A stretch of DNA of 64,000 nucleotides from assembly GCA_030390025.1 (NCBI GenBank), contig CM059432.1:72046001-72110000 (forward strand), given 5' to 3'. Shown here one piece after another: positions 24,190-36,290 of this stretch. The DNA is from Squalus acanthias (lineage: Eukaryota). Positions within the stretch are counted from its first letter, which is position 1. Every line of letters begins with the position of its first letter. The notes under the pieces are model-generated. The model did not search any database and had not been told where the DNA came from. It was given only the letters and a program-made list of their open reading frames with translations. A program made the position numbers and the translations under genes.

Positions 24190-24718
24190 TAACCTCACCA
24201 TAGCATTTGATATGATTAACTATGCTATCCCCCGCCATCAGTTCTCCTTTGTTATCCACACCTACCTAGCGGAACATAGCCAGTGCATCTCCAGCAATAT
24301 CCGTTCTTCCTGGTACTACACTGTCACATCAGGAGTCCTCAAGGGTCCTTCCTTGGCCCTCTCCTCTTCCTCATCTATATGCTGCCCTGTAGTGCTGCCC
24401 GTGACCTAACTCGCACCAAGTCCCGTTCACCCATCACCCCTGTGCTTGCTGACCTACATTGGCTCCTGGTTAAGCAGTGCCTCGATTTCAAAATTCTCAT
24501 CTTTGTTTTCAAATCCCTCCATGGCCTCGCCCCTTCCTATCTCTGTAATCTCCTTCAGTCCCACAACCCCCCAAGATATCTGCGCTCCTCTAATTCTGCC
24601 CTCTTGAGCATCCCTGATTATAATCGCTCGACCATTGGTGGCCATGCCTTCTGTTGCCTAGGCCCTAAGCTCTGGAATTCCCTGCCTAAACCTCTCTGCC
24701 TTGTTACCTCTCTTTCCT
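24190..24718 (+). mobile_element. L2 LINE, 5' part of a copy split by a 12.5-kb insertion
   Basis: PQGSFLGPLLF, LHWLLV and LWNSLP. Ends TCTTTCCT and resumes CCTTTAAGAC at 37191; the joined sequence matches the uninterrupted copy near 19540. Confidence 0.88.
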
Positions 24719-24897
24719 GAAATTATTTTTTAAATATTCTTTTTTAATTTTTAAGTTTATAAGTTTATTTCTGCTAAGTTAGTTAATAGCCTATAAAATA
24801 GAGGAAAAGAGCTGATTGGTGAGTAGCTGGGGAGTGTTTTTTGTTAAGTTTTAAGTTTATTTCTGCTGGGTTAGTTCTCAGTCTATTAAATAGAGGC

Positions 24898-25718
24898 ATG
24901 GCAGGGCAGCTCAGTCCCATGGAGTGCACATCCTGTGCCATGTGGGAAGTCCTGGACGCTTCACGTAGCCTGGACGACCACATATGCAGGAAGTGTCACC
25001 AGCTACGGCAGCTCGAGCTCCGGGTTTCGGATCTTGAGCGGCGGCTGGAGTCACTGCGGAGCATCCGTGAGGCTGAGAGTTACGTGGATAGCACGTTTCT
25101 AGAGGTGGTCACCCCGCAGCTTAAAAGTATGCAGGCAGAGGGGGAATGGGTGACCGCCAGACAGAAGAGGAGGACCAGGCAGGTAGTGCAGGAGACCCTG
25201 GAGTGCATCGCGCTCTCCAACCAGTATTCTGTTCTGAGTACTGGTGGGGGCGATGGTTCCTCTGGGGAGTGCAGCCAGAGTCAAGTCAATGGCACCACGG
25301 GTGGCTCAGCTGCACAGGGGGGGAGGAAGAAGAGTGGAAGAGCAATAGTGGGAGGGGTTTCAATAGTTAGGGGAGCCGACAGGCATTTCTGCGGCCGCAG
25401 ACGTGACTCCAGGATGGTATGTTGCCTCCCTGGTGCCAGGGTCAAGGATGTCACTCAGCGGCTGCAGGACACTCTGAGGAGGGAGGGTGAACAGCCAGAG
25501 GTCGTTATCCAACGACATAGGTAGAAAGAGGGATGAGGTCCTGCAGGCAGAGTTTAGGGAGCTAGGAGAGAGATTAAAAAGCAGGACCTCAAAGGTAGTA
25601 ATCGCCGGATTACTCCCGGTGCCACGTGCTAGTGAGCACAGAAATAGGAGGATAGAACAGATGAATGCATGGCTGGAGAGATGGTGCAGGAGTGAGGGCT
25701 TAAGATTCCTGAGGCATT
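24898..25718 (+). pseudogene. CR1 ORF1 (zinc finger/leucine zipper + esterase), frameshifted; continues at 29810-29931
   Basis: ORFs 24841..25524 and 25487..25741. LRH|WDRFW is restored by removing 25719-29809 and one ATT. Confidence 0.85.
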
Positions 25719-27054
25719 GGGCTCGATTTTGCCAGGCCTGAGGAGGCGGGATTGGAGGCGTGTGAGGTGTTAAAATCGCAAAAAATGGCGGGTGGCTCTG
25801 ATCCCGCCTCCAGCCCACCTCCGAGCAATTTTCCCAGAATCAGGGTTTCAGACCCCGTTTCCATCCCGCCTCCAAGAGGCAGGATAGGCCCTTAAGTCCC
25901 TTAACAACCAGTTAATTGCCTCTATAATCCCATTTTGAGAGGCCTTTCTGATATTAACTCTTTTCCCCCGTCCTGCACGTCTCCTCTGGAACACGCCAGG
26001 TAATCCTGGCGGCCTCACAATTGGACTGCTTACTAACAGCTGCAGTTCCACCATTAAAAAGGAGTGTTCACCAATGATCATTTGCAGGTGGCAGAACTTT
26101 GTTGTCTCAGGTCTGGGGGAACTTTTAGCAGGCATATTCATTGTTGTGGAAGTTTGGAGCCTGACACCCATCTCCAGTGTGACCTCCTGGGAAACCCCTC
26201 TCCCCACCTTGACTGAGCGCTTCCTCAACTGAGGCATATACCAGAAGCATGGGAACCATTATTTCCTTTCCTCCTGGACATCAGATTCGGACGAAGACCA
26301 GCCGTGGCAGCAGCAGAACCATGAACAACAGCAGCACCAACAGCAGCAGCAACAACAGGAGCACCAAGCTGCTGCTCACCCACCTGAAGCTGCACAGGCC
26401 AGAAGGCGCCAGCGCGCGACCACATTGCTGCCCGGGATGCAAGGGACGCACTCATGTTGGCCAGATTTGCTTAGTCTGCACAATCAAACACTTTTGCCTC
26501 GCACCTTCTTACCAGAACATCGACAATGGACAAGTACCTGCAGATTCCTATCACTCTGACCACCATACTGACAATTGCAAGTCGCTCTAAGCCCTCAATG
26601 TGGAAGTCCCATTTGCGAAATGACACAGGCCACAACTTCAACAGTTTGCCATCAGAAATTTTTATCACAACAAGCAACTGATGGCATTTCAAAAATAAAC
26701 ACAACATAACACCCAAGTGACTACCCTTGTGACTACTTGTGCATTATCTTCCTCTTACGCATGCTCCTACGTGGTGCTTCCCCTGTGGTTTCAGCAGATG
26801 TGGAGACCCATTGCTCACTTTCTTGCTGCTCCTGTCTCAACACCTTTGGCGGCTGTCCTCTGGGGTTGCGAACCTGTGAGGGCTCGGCAACAGTCCGCTG
26901 CTCCTGCAGCTGTGCAGGGGATGAGATACCCATCTCAGTTGGGTGAGGACTGTGGTGGGGCTCTGACCGAGGGCTTTGCAGTGGCATGGTCGTGTGAGCG
27001 CTTGGAGAGGAGCCCCACTTCCTTGTTGTCTGCCACCAACAACCCTCTCATGGG

Positions 27055-28657
27055 TCAGCCCCACTTCAGAGCTAGCAAGTGGCTTGACAGCACCTTGCTG
27101 CACTTCAGGGGGGCCATGAGGACCCGTTTCTGCACTGGAAGTCCAACTCCAGAGGATTTCCATGAAGGTCTGGTTTCTATGCTGAATAGCTGACCATCGA
27201 GAGTTGCCAGTCTATTCTGAACAATGACCATGTTTTCAACACTCTGGCGACTTAGCGACGTAGCCATCCTCTCCTCTACCATAGCCATCCTTTCCACGGA
27301 GGCTGCCATCCTTTCTGTGGTGATGCGTTCATGCGCCAATGCCTCCACAAAGGCTCTGCTCATGTTCGCGATGGACTGCTCCATTCGCTCCACACACGCA
27401 GCGACCCTGGAGACAAAACCTGCCAGAGACTCCTGCACCTGTTCCTGGAGTTCCAGCACCGCTCTCCTTCTGGATGGACCCGGAGGCACAGGGTCGACAT
27501 GCAGCTGAGCTGAGCTGGCAGAGTCCTGCGCCCTCCGACGAAGACTCTCCACTGCTGTCCCTGTCTCCACCATCTGCTGATGCTCACTTGTGAGCTGTGA
27601 TACACCAGGTGACAACACTACTCTATCTCGCGAAGGTCCCACTGAGGTGTGAGTGTCTGCGCTGGTGCTGGGTGCGCTGAATTCTGCTGACGCTGCGCCC
27701 TCAGAAGTTGCAGCTTCCTCTGAGGAGTCTTGAAGCTCAGGCTGTTCCTCCTGGACAGTGGGGACGGGGGCTGTCGATGGTCCTGTGGGGGAGTAAAGGA
27801 AAGAGTTAGAGATGTGAGGTAAAGGTTGCATGCACATTGAATTGTGCAGATGATCATAAGTCAATCTGTTAGAACATCAGAATCATTATCAGTCACTCAT
27901 GCAATGTCAATGAGAGAGATGCCAAACTATTCTGTCATCAGCTTGCTGTGATGCGCCCGTCTGTCCGTCCCCCACTTGCGAATCTTCCCCGACACCGGCG
28001 ATTTCCAGGGCCGCCTCCTCCGAGGTGGTGAGCTGGGCTACTGAGGGTGGCCCTCCTCCTGTCCTCGCTCTTTCCCTTTTATTGTGGGCTCTCTTTTCCT
28101 GCAATGAGGGACACAAGTGGAGTTTGAGTGAGAATGAAGGAGTGAATGTAGAGAATCCATAGCATAGATGCTTAGAAGGAGACAAAGGGCCCTCCCTGTG
28201 TGTTGTAAGTTGTTGTCATTGCATCACAGTGATAGGGAGTGTGAGGGCTGCATGGTCGAATAGTTAAGTGAATGTGACCATAGAGAGAGAGGGAATGGGT
28301 GAGGGAGCAGGGATGTCAGTGTCAAGTAGGATGTGGAGGAAAAGGTTGGCAAAGCAGAGTGCTGGTGAGGAGAGGCGATGGGGATCAGATTGAGGGTGAT
28401 GGGAAAGTCATACTCACTTTTCCTGTGCGGAGAAGGTCATGAAACCTCTTCCTGCATTGCAGCCAGGCTCTGCGGCTCATAGAGATTGAGTTGACCTCCT
28501 GGGCCACTTGCATCCACACAGCTTTAGTCTGCTGGGGAGGCTTTTTCCTCCCTGAGGAAGGGAAGAGCACCTCCTTATTTAATCTTGCTCCCTCCACCAG
28601 AGCTTGGAGGGAGGCCTCATCGCACCTTGGAGCACACTTTGGCCTACTGCTGGACAT
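27055..28657 (-). pseudogene. Myb/SANT-like gene, exons 28657-28418, 28098-27939, 27782-27055; exon-2 donor is AT instead of GT
   Basis: APRCDEASLQALVEG...WLQCRKRFHDL and EKRAHNKRERARTGGGPP. All three exon frames are open. Confidence 0.8.
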
Positions 28658-28701
28658 AGTTGCTGAATGAAGCGATCACAACAATGGCCATAAAGTTTAA
28701 A

Positions 28702-29577
28702 GGGGGAAAAATTCAGTTGGTTGCGCCTCCCGTTAGCGTCTTAAGAGGGCGCTAATGGGGCGCAAAGCAGCTAGCGCCCGGGCGCGGCGATGTTTGCGCC
28801 GCTCACGAAATTAACTAGACATTTTGCGGCGGTGCTAAACACTACCGCCACGATCTCCTGCGCCGGCAGATCGTGACGTCAGTCGAGTGCGCAACGCCCC
28901 GGTATCGCCCCGGAGCGGATATTGAGTGGCGCCCCCTGCTAGCAACGACAGGGTGAGGGGAGCTTTTTGCAGTCAGGAAGGGACTGGGGGAGCGCTATTT
29001 AAAGGCGACTGCTTCCTGCCTTTTATTGTTGGTGACATTTTTGAACCACGCATTCTGAGAGAGAGAGAGAGACTTCTGGAGAGATTCAACGCTGTGTGAA
29101 GGAGTTTTGGGTACTGAGCAGCACTTTGCAGGTTCATTTTGATTTGCCCTTCCTTGTATCGATTTAGAAGAGACTGTGGGGGCTGCACTCTGAGCTCTTT
29201 CCCTGGTACTCTCCATTGTTCTTTCCAGCAAATTTGATGTACAGGTCTCTCCAGGCCGAGATTCAAGGCTGCAATGAGCAGAATGTGGATGGAAAGCAAG
29301 ATCAACCCTCCCCTTTAAGAACTGGCCCACGCCATTCTGTCTGTGTTCCATTGCTGACTGACATCACATGAGCTTCACCAGCGCTCTGAGGTAGCGCCTC
29401 GCTCCTCGGCCTTTGCGCCTTAAGACAGGTGTGAAGCGCCTGATTTAGCGCTCCAATCACCTCCGGGGGCGATAAAAGTCAAGTTTGCAGTCGGAGGCGA
29501 TAATTAGCGGCAGGCGCTAATCTTTGCGCCCGGCTGATAATTGCGCCCCAAATGGGGCAATACTGAATTTCTCCCCC
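28702..29577 (-). mobile_element. Non-autonomous Harbinger (876 bp), related to 37996-42102
   Basis: TIRs GGGGGAAAAATT / AATTTCTCCCCC and AAA TSD. It is an inverted copy of 35387-36279. Confidence 0.92.
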
Positions 29578-30079
29578 AAAGTCTCCAGAAGAAGCAAGGC
29601 TGCTTGCAGGCCTTAAATCCAGCAGCATTGATGACGTCATCGGAGGTGACTTTCTGTATGAAAAGACTCATTGGGTTTCCACATGCTGGAAATCAAGTGC
29701 CCAATTAGGGCAAAATCACACTTTTTTCCCACTTCACATCGGAGTTGGGGTCCTGACACAAAAACCACCTGACATGCCCCAACCCGCCCCCAATGGCAAA
29801 ATCAAGCCCATTGGGACCGTTTCTGGGTAAGGTGGGACCTGTACAAGCCGGACGGGTTACCCCTCAACAGAGCCGAGACCGATATTCTCATGGGGAGGTT
29901 TGCTAGTGCTGTTGGGGAGGGTTTAAACTAGCTTGGCAGGGGGATGGGCACCAGCATATAGGAGTAGAAAAGAGGAATAAGGTGCATAGAAGAGTCAGTG
30001 TGTTGGATAGTACTAGAGATGAAAGTAGTACTTGAGGCGGAAGGAGCAGACTTAAGAAAGACTACGAAAAATTCAAAAA

Positions 30080-33000
30080 TGGGTTTAGAATGCATGTACG
30101 TAAACGCACAAAGTGTGGTGAATAAGGTTGGTGAGCTACAAGCACAATTAGCCGTGTGGCAATATGATGTTGTGGCAATAACGGAAATGTGGCTTAAAAA
30201 CAGTGAGGACTGGGCACTTAATATTCAAGGGTACAAGGTGCTCAGAAAAGATAGGGAAGGAAAAAAGGGAGGTGGGGTGGCAGTGCTGATTAAGGAAGAC
30301 ATTGTAGTGTTGGAAAGGAAGAATGTTCTTGAGGGGACAAGGACAGAATCCATTTGGTTAGAGTTGAGGAGCAAAAAGGGTATGATCATGCTATTGGGGG
30401 TATTCTATAGGCCTCCAAATAGTGAGAGGGAGGTAGAGGAGCAAATCTGTAGGGAAATTGCAGAGATATGCAGGAGCTATAGAGTGATGATATTGGGGGA
30501 CTTTAATGACCCAAATATCGATTGGGATAATGCTTGGGTAAAGGGAAAGGAGGGGGACGAATTTCTGAAATGTGTTCAGGAGAATTTCCTTGACCAATAT
30601 GTTCTTGGCCCAACTAGGAAGGAGGCATTGCTGGATCTGGTGCTGGGGAATGAGGTGGGCCAGGTCGACCAAGTGTCTGTGGGAGAACACTTGGGTACGA
30701 GTGATCATCGTATCAGAAGATTTAGATTAGCAATGGAGAGGAGCAAGGAACAATCTAGAGTGTAACTTCTAAACAGGAATAGGGCTAACTTCAATGGGAT
30801 GCAAAAGGATCTAGCCAGGGTAAAATGGAACCAAAGACTGACAGGAAAAACTGTAACGGAACAATGGGAGTTCTTTAAGGAGGAGATGTTCCAAGTTCAG
30901 GCTAGGTACATTCCAACAAGAGGGAAGGGTAAGAAAACCAAAGCAAGGGCTCCTTGGATGACGAGGGAGATAGAGAAGATGATGAAACAAAAAAAGAGGG
31001 TGTATGATGCATGTCAGGTGAATTCTTCAAGGGAGAACCAGACCAAATACAATAAGTTGAGAAGGGAAGTGAAGATGAAAATAAGATTGGAAAAGAGAGA
31101 ATATGAGAGTTGAATGGCGATTAACATAAAAGGGAACCCAAAAATCTTTTACTGGCATGTAAACAGTAAACGGGTAGTAAGAGGCAGCGTGGGGCCTATT
31201 AGAGACAAAGAAGGTGATATATGCTTAGAGGCGCAGGACAAGGCTAGAATACTCAATGAGTGCATTGTATTGATATTTACTAAGGAGGTGGATGTTGACA
31301 AAATATTGATAGAAGTGGAAAAGGTAGAAGCAACGGAAGGGGTGAAAATTGATAGACACAATGTACTAGAAAGGCTGGGTATGCTTAGAGTGGACAAGTC
31401 GCCTGGTCCAGATGGCTTGTATCCCAGTGGCAAATGTGACATCATTGTTCAAGAAAGGGTGTAACTACAGGCCGGTCAGTTTAACATCAGTGGTGGGTAA
31501 AGTTTTAGAAACAATAATAAAGGAAAAAATTAATGGGCACTTGGAGAAGTTTAAGCTAATAAAGGGAGCCAACACGGATTTGTAAAAGGCAGATCGTGTT
31601 TGACGAATCTAATTGAATTTTTTGATGAAGTAAGAGAGATTTTTGATGAAGGGAATGCAATGGATGTTGTCTTCATGGATTTTCGGAAGGCGTTTGACAA
31701 AGTACCACACAGAAGGCTGGTTAACAAAATTGAGGCTCATGGAATAGGTGGGTCAGTGGCAGATTGGATAAGGAATTGGCTTAAGGACAGAAAACAGCGA
31801 GTTGTGGTAAATGGCTGTTTTTCAGACTGGAGGATGGTAGACAGTGGCATTCCCCAAGGGTCAGTGCTGGGGCCACTGCTTTTTTTGATATATATATAAA
31901 TGACCTGGATATTGGAATACAGAGTAGAATTTCTAAATTTGCCGATGACACCAAACTTGGGGGTATGGCAAACAGTGAGGATGATACCAATCGACTGCAA
32001 CAAGACATAGAAAGGCTAGCAGAATGGGCAGACAAGTGGCAGATGGAATTTAATACAGAGAAGTGTGAGGTGATGCATTTTGGCAGAAGGAACAGGGAGA
32101 GGCAATATACACTTAATGGCACAGTTTTAAAGAGTGTGCAGGGACAGAGGGACCTGGGAGTTAATGTGCATAGGTCCCTGAAGGTGGCAGGACATATTGC
32201 GAGAGTGGTTAGCAAAGCATATGGGATCTTGGGCTTCATAAATAGAGATAATAGGCCAGAAATTCGGCTGTTGTCGGGTGAGTACGCGCTGTGTACTCAC
32301 CCGTAAGGCCATCTGAAGTGTCGGTTTCCTGCATGCACTGCGCATGTGCGGGAAACCGGAACTTCCGTTCCCCTGAAGGGAGGGGTTCAGAAGTCGAACG
32401 CGTGCGCGGGAGAAGCTGCGCGCATGCAGCGAACTTCGTTATTTTTTTTCAGGTTTCTCCGGGAAGGTAAGTATGAAGAAGCTACGCTTTTAAAAAGGAG
32501 GCGCAAGGCCTGTTTTTAACAAGGTAAGTGGTTAATTAATTACAATGAAAAAAAAATTTCAACAGATTTATCTTTTTTAGATACTTTAAAGAAAGGTAAG
32601 TTTATTTTTAGCACCGTTACAAAGTATAATTACATTTTTCAAAAATTTAAATTTATTTAACTTATAGTTATTTTTAAAATGTGATTTAAAAAAAAAATTA
32701 TTTGAAGTTTAAGTGTAGTTTTGGGGCCGATCTCTATGCATAGATTTGACAGGTCTTCCTGTCAAATCTATGAATGAAAATGCCCTGCTAGGATTGGCTC
32801 TCCATGGCCCACGTGATCCCAGGGGACGCTTCGAACTAACTGCGCCGGCAGCTGGAGGAGGCCCAGGACCCGAAGTCCTTGTGGGCCCAAAGCACAACAG
32901 CAGGCGCGGTAGGCAAGTACGCGCGCGATGCTTGCACCCGCAGGAAGCCTGAAAGCTGAATTTCTGGCCCATTGAGTACAAAAGTAGAGAAGTTATGCTG

Positions 33001-33213
33001 AACCTTTATAAAGCGCTGGTTAGGCCACAACTGGAGTATTGCGTCCAGTTCTGGTCACCACATTTTAGGAAGGATGTGAAGGCCCTTGAGAGGGTGCAGA
33101 GGAGATTTACCAGAATGGTTCCGGGGATGGGGGATCTTAGCTACAAGGACAGGTTGGAGAAGCTGGATTTGTTTTCATTAGAGCAAAGGTGGTTGAGGGG
33201 TGATTTGATAGAG
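30080..33213 (+). pseudogene. CR1 ORF2 (APE-RT), broken by stops, frameshifts and an insertion
   Basis: ORFs 29998..30765, 30799..31464, 31600..31899, 31965..32306 and 32995..33300. Confidence 0.9.
32253..32970. mobile_element. Harbinger-type MITE (718 bp) inside CR1 ORF2
   Basis: Ends AGGCCAGAAATTC / GAATTTCTGGCCC. It interrupts GFINR..IEYKS; the TSD is imperfect (AAT/ATT). Confidence 0.8.
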
Positions 33214-35375
33214 TTGGCAGGCATCCTCTGGGGTTGCAAGCCTGTGAAGGCTCGCCAACAGTCTGCTGCTCCTGCGGCTGTGCAGGGGCTGAGACGCTAA
33301 TTTCAGTTGGGTGAGGACTCTGGTGGGGCTCTGACCGAGGGCTCTGCAGTGGCATGGTCGTGTGAATGCTTGGAGAGGAGCCCCCACTTCCTTGTTGTCT
33401 GCCACCAACATCCCTCTCATGGGTCAGCCCCACTTCAGAGCTAGCAAGTGGCTTGACAGCACCTTGCTGCTCTTCAGGGGGGCCATGAGGACACGTTTCT
33501 TCACTGGCAGTCCTACTCTAGAGGACTTCCATGAAGCTCTGGTTTCTCTGCTCAATAGCTGACCTCGCTCCTCCAGAGATGTCAGTCTATTCTGAACAAT
33601 GGCTATGTTTTCAATACCCTGGCGACTAAGCTGCTCCATGGCCGTAGCCATCCTCTCCTCTACCGTAGCCATCCTCTCCTCTACGGTAGCCATACTTGCC
33701 ACGGAGGTAGCCATCCTTTCCACGGAGGTTGCCATCCTTTCCATAGTGATGCGTTCATGCGCCAATGCCTCCACAATGGCTCTGCTCATGTTCGCGATGG
33801 ACTCCTCCATCCGCTCCACACATGCAGTGACCCTGGAGACAAAACCTGCCAGAGACTCCTGCACCTGTTCCTGGAGTTCCAGCACCGCTCTCCTTCTGGA
33901 TGGACCCGGAGGCACAGGGTCGACATGCAGCTGAGCCGAGCTGGGATCGCCCTGCGCCCTCCGACAAGGACTCTCCACTGCTGTCCCTGTCTCCACCATC
34001 TGCTGATGCTCACTTGTGAGCTGTGATATACCAGGTGACAACACTACTCTATGTCCCGAAGGTCCCACCGAGGTGTGAGTGTCTGCGCTGGTGCTGGGTG
34101 CACTTAATTCTGCTGACGCTGCGCCCTCAGAGGTTGCAGCTTCCTCTGAGGAGTCTTGTGGCTCAGGCTGTTCCTCCTGGACAGTGGGGAGGGGGGCTGT
34201 CGATGGTCCTGTGGGGGAGTAAAGGAAAGAGTTAGACATGTGAGATAAATTGTGCAGATGATCATAAGTCAATGTGTTAGAGCATCAGAATCAATATCAG
34301 TCACTCATGCAATGTCAATGAGAGAGATGAAAAACTATTCTGTCACCAGCTTGCTCTGATGCACCCGTCTGCCCGTCCCCCATTTGCGCATCCTCCTTGG
34401 CTCCCACGATCTCAAGGGCCGCCTCCTCAGTGCTGGTGAGCTGGGCTATTGAGGGTGGCCCTCCTCCTGTCTTCGCCCTTTCCCTCTTATTGTGGGCTCT
34501 CTTTTCCTGCAATGAGGGACACAAGTGGAGTTTGAGTGAGAATGAAGGAGTGAGTGTAGAGAATCCATAGCATAGATGCTTAGAAGGACACAAAGATGGA
34601 GTGAGGTCCCAAGACCAAGGGCCCTCCCTGTGTGTTGTAAGTTGTTGTCATAGCATAACAGTGATAGGGCGTGTGAGGGCTGCTTTGTCAAATAGTTAAG
34701 TGAATGTGTACATAGAGAGAGAGAATGGTTAATGGTGCAGGGATGTAAGGGTCAAGTGGGATGTGGAGGAGGAGGTTGACATTGAAGAGTGCTGATGATG
34801 AGAGGCGATGGGGAGCAGATTGAGGGTCATGGTGATGTCATACTCACTTTTCCTGTGCGGAGAAGGTCATTAAACCTCTTTCTGCACTGCAGCCAGGTTC
34901 TGCTGCACATTGAGATGGCACTGACCTCCTGTGCCACTTGTAGCCACACAGCTTTTGTCTGTTGGTGAAGATTTTTCCTCCCAGAGGAAGGAAACAGCAC
35001 TTCCTTCTGAGCTCTTGCTCCCTCCACCAGAGCTTGGAGGGAGTCCTCATCAAAGCGGGGTGCGCACTTGGATCTTGAGCTTGACATCCTTGCAAAAGAA
35101 ATCCCTCAGAACTGTGTCCAGAAACAGATGTAAAGCAGAAAATGAACCAAGGCTGTTTGCAGACCTTAAATGCAGCTGCATTAATGACGTCATCAGAGGT
35201 GAGTTTCAGGACCAAAAGACTCATTGGGCCAGGGGTCCCCACACACTGGAAATCAAGTGCCCAATTAGGGCAAAATCGCCAAATTATCCCGCCTCACATC
35301 GGAGGTGGGAGCGGGACCCGCCCACCAACTGACTCGCCCACCAACTGACCCGCCCCCAATGACAAAATCCAGCCC
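33214..35375. mobile_element. Second 'Myb-only' Harbinger family copy, left end deleted
   Basis: Homologous to 26845-29809 without the nested element. The right TIR GACAAAATCCAGCCC is followed by TAT. Confidence 0.88.
33424..35087 (-). CDS. Harbinger Myb/SANT-like DNA-binding protein, predicted 394 aa; exons 35087-34848, 34506-34347, 34208-33424
   Basis: GT-AG introns in phases 0 and 1 give an open spliced frame: APRFDEDSLQALVEG...RTWLQCRKRFNDL, TGGGPP, and coiled-coil heptads. Confidence 0.75.
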
Positions 35376-35386
35376 TATGACTCTAT

Positions 35387-36279
35387 GGGGGAGAAATTCT
35401 GTATCGCCCCATTTGGGGCGCAATTATCGGCCGGACGCAAAGATTAGCGCCTGGCACTAATTATCGCCACCGACTGCAAACTTGACTTTTATCGCCCCTG
35501 GAGGTGATTGGAGCGCTAAATCAGGCACTTCACACCTGTCTTAAGGCGCAAAGGCCGAGGAGCGAGGCGCTACCTCAGAGTGCTGGCGAAGCTCATGTGA
35601 TGTCAGTCAGCAATGGAACACACACACAATGGCACGGGCCAGTTCTTAAAGGGGATGGTTAATCTCACTTTCCATCCACATCCTGCTAATTGCAGCCTTG
35701 AATCTCGGCCTGGAGAGACCTGCACATCAAATCTGCTGGAAAGAACAATGGAGAGTACCAGGCAAAGAGCTCAGAGTGCAACCCCCACAGTCTCTTCTAA
35801 ATCGATACAAGGAATGGCAAATCAAAATGAACCTGCAAAGTGCTGCTCAGTACCCAAAACTCCTTCACACAACGTTGAAACTCTCCAGAAGTCTCTCTCT
35901 CTATCTCTCAAAATGCGTAGTTCAAAAATGGCACCGACAATAAAAGGCAGGAAGCGGTCACCTTTAAATAGCGCTCCCCCTTTCCCTTCATGACTGCAGA
36001 ACGCTCCACTCAAACTGTCGTTGCTAGCGTCAGGCGGTAAGGCAGGGGGCGCCGCTCAATATCCGCTCCGGGGCGATACCGGGGCGTTGCGCACTCGACT
36101 GACGTCACGATCTGCCGGCGCAGGAGATCGTGGCGGTAGTGTTTAGCGCCGCCGCAAAATGTCTAGTTAATTTCACGAGCGGCGCAAACTTCGCCGCGCC
36201 TGGGCGCTAGATGCTTTGCGCCCCATTAGCGCCCTCTTAAGGCGCTAACGGGAGGCGCAACCAACTGAATTTTTCCCCC
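35387..36279 (+). mobile_element. Non-autonomous Harbinger (893 bp), copy 1 of tandem pair
   Basis: GGGGGAGAAATT / AATTTTTCCCCC ends with a TAT TSD. Confidence 0.93.
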
Positions 36280-36290
36280 TATGACTCTAT

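Larger units (their letters stand above)
25719..29809. mobile_element. Non-autonomous 'Myb-only' Harbinger (transposase core deleted)
   Basis: TIRs GGGCTCGATTTTGCC / GGCAAAATCAAGCCC (14/15 match) and ATT TSD. The transposase N-terminal Q-rich piece is joined to the C-terminus AARDARDALMLARFA* at 26249-26474. Confidence 0.88.
24719..33213 (+). mobile_element. Near full-length CR1 LINE, interrupted by Harbinger insertions; 3' end deleted
   Basis: 5' UTR; ORF1 (CTSCAMW/CRKC zinc finger, leucine zipper, esterase CCLPGARVKD); ORF2 APE (YVNAQS, GDFN, SDH) and RT (FMDFRKAFD, IPQGSVLGP, FADD). Confidence 0.92.
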
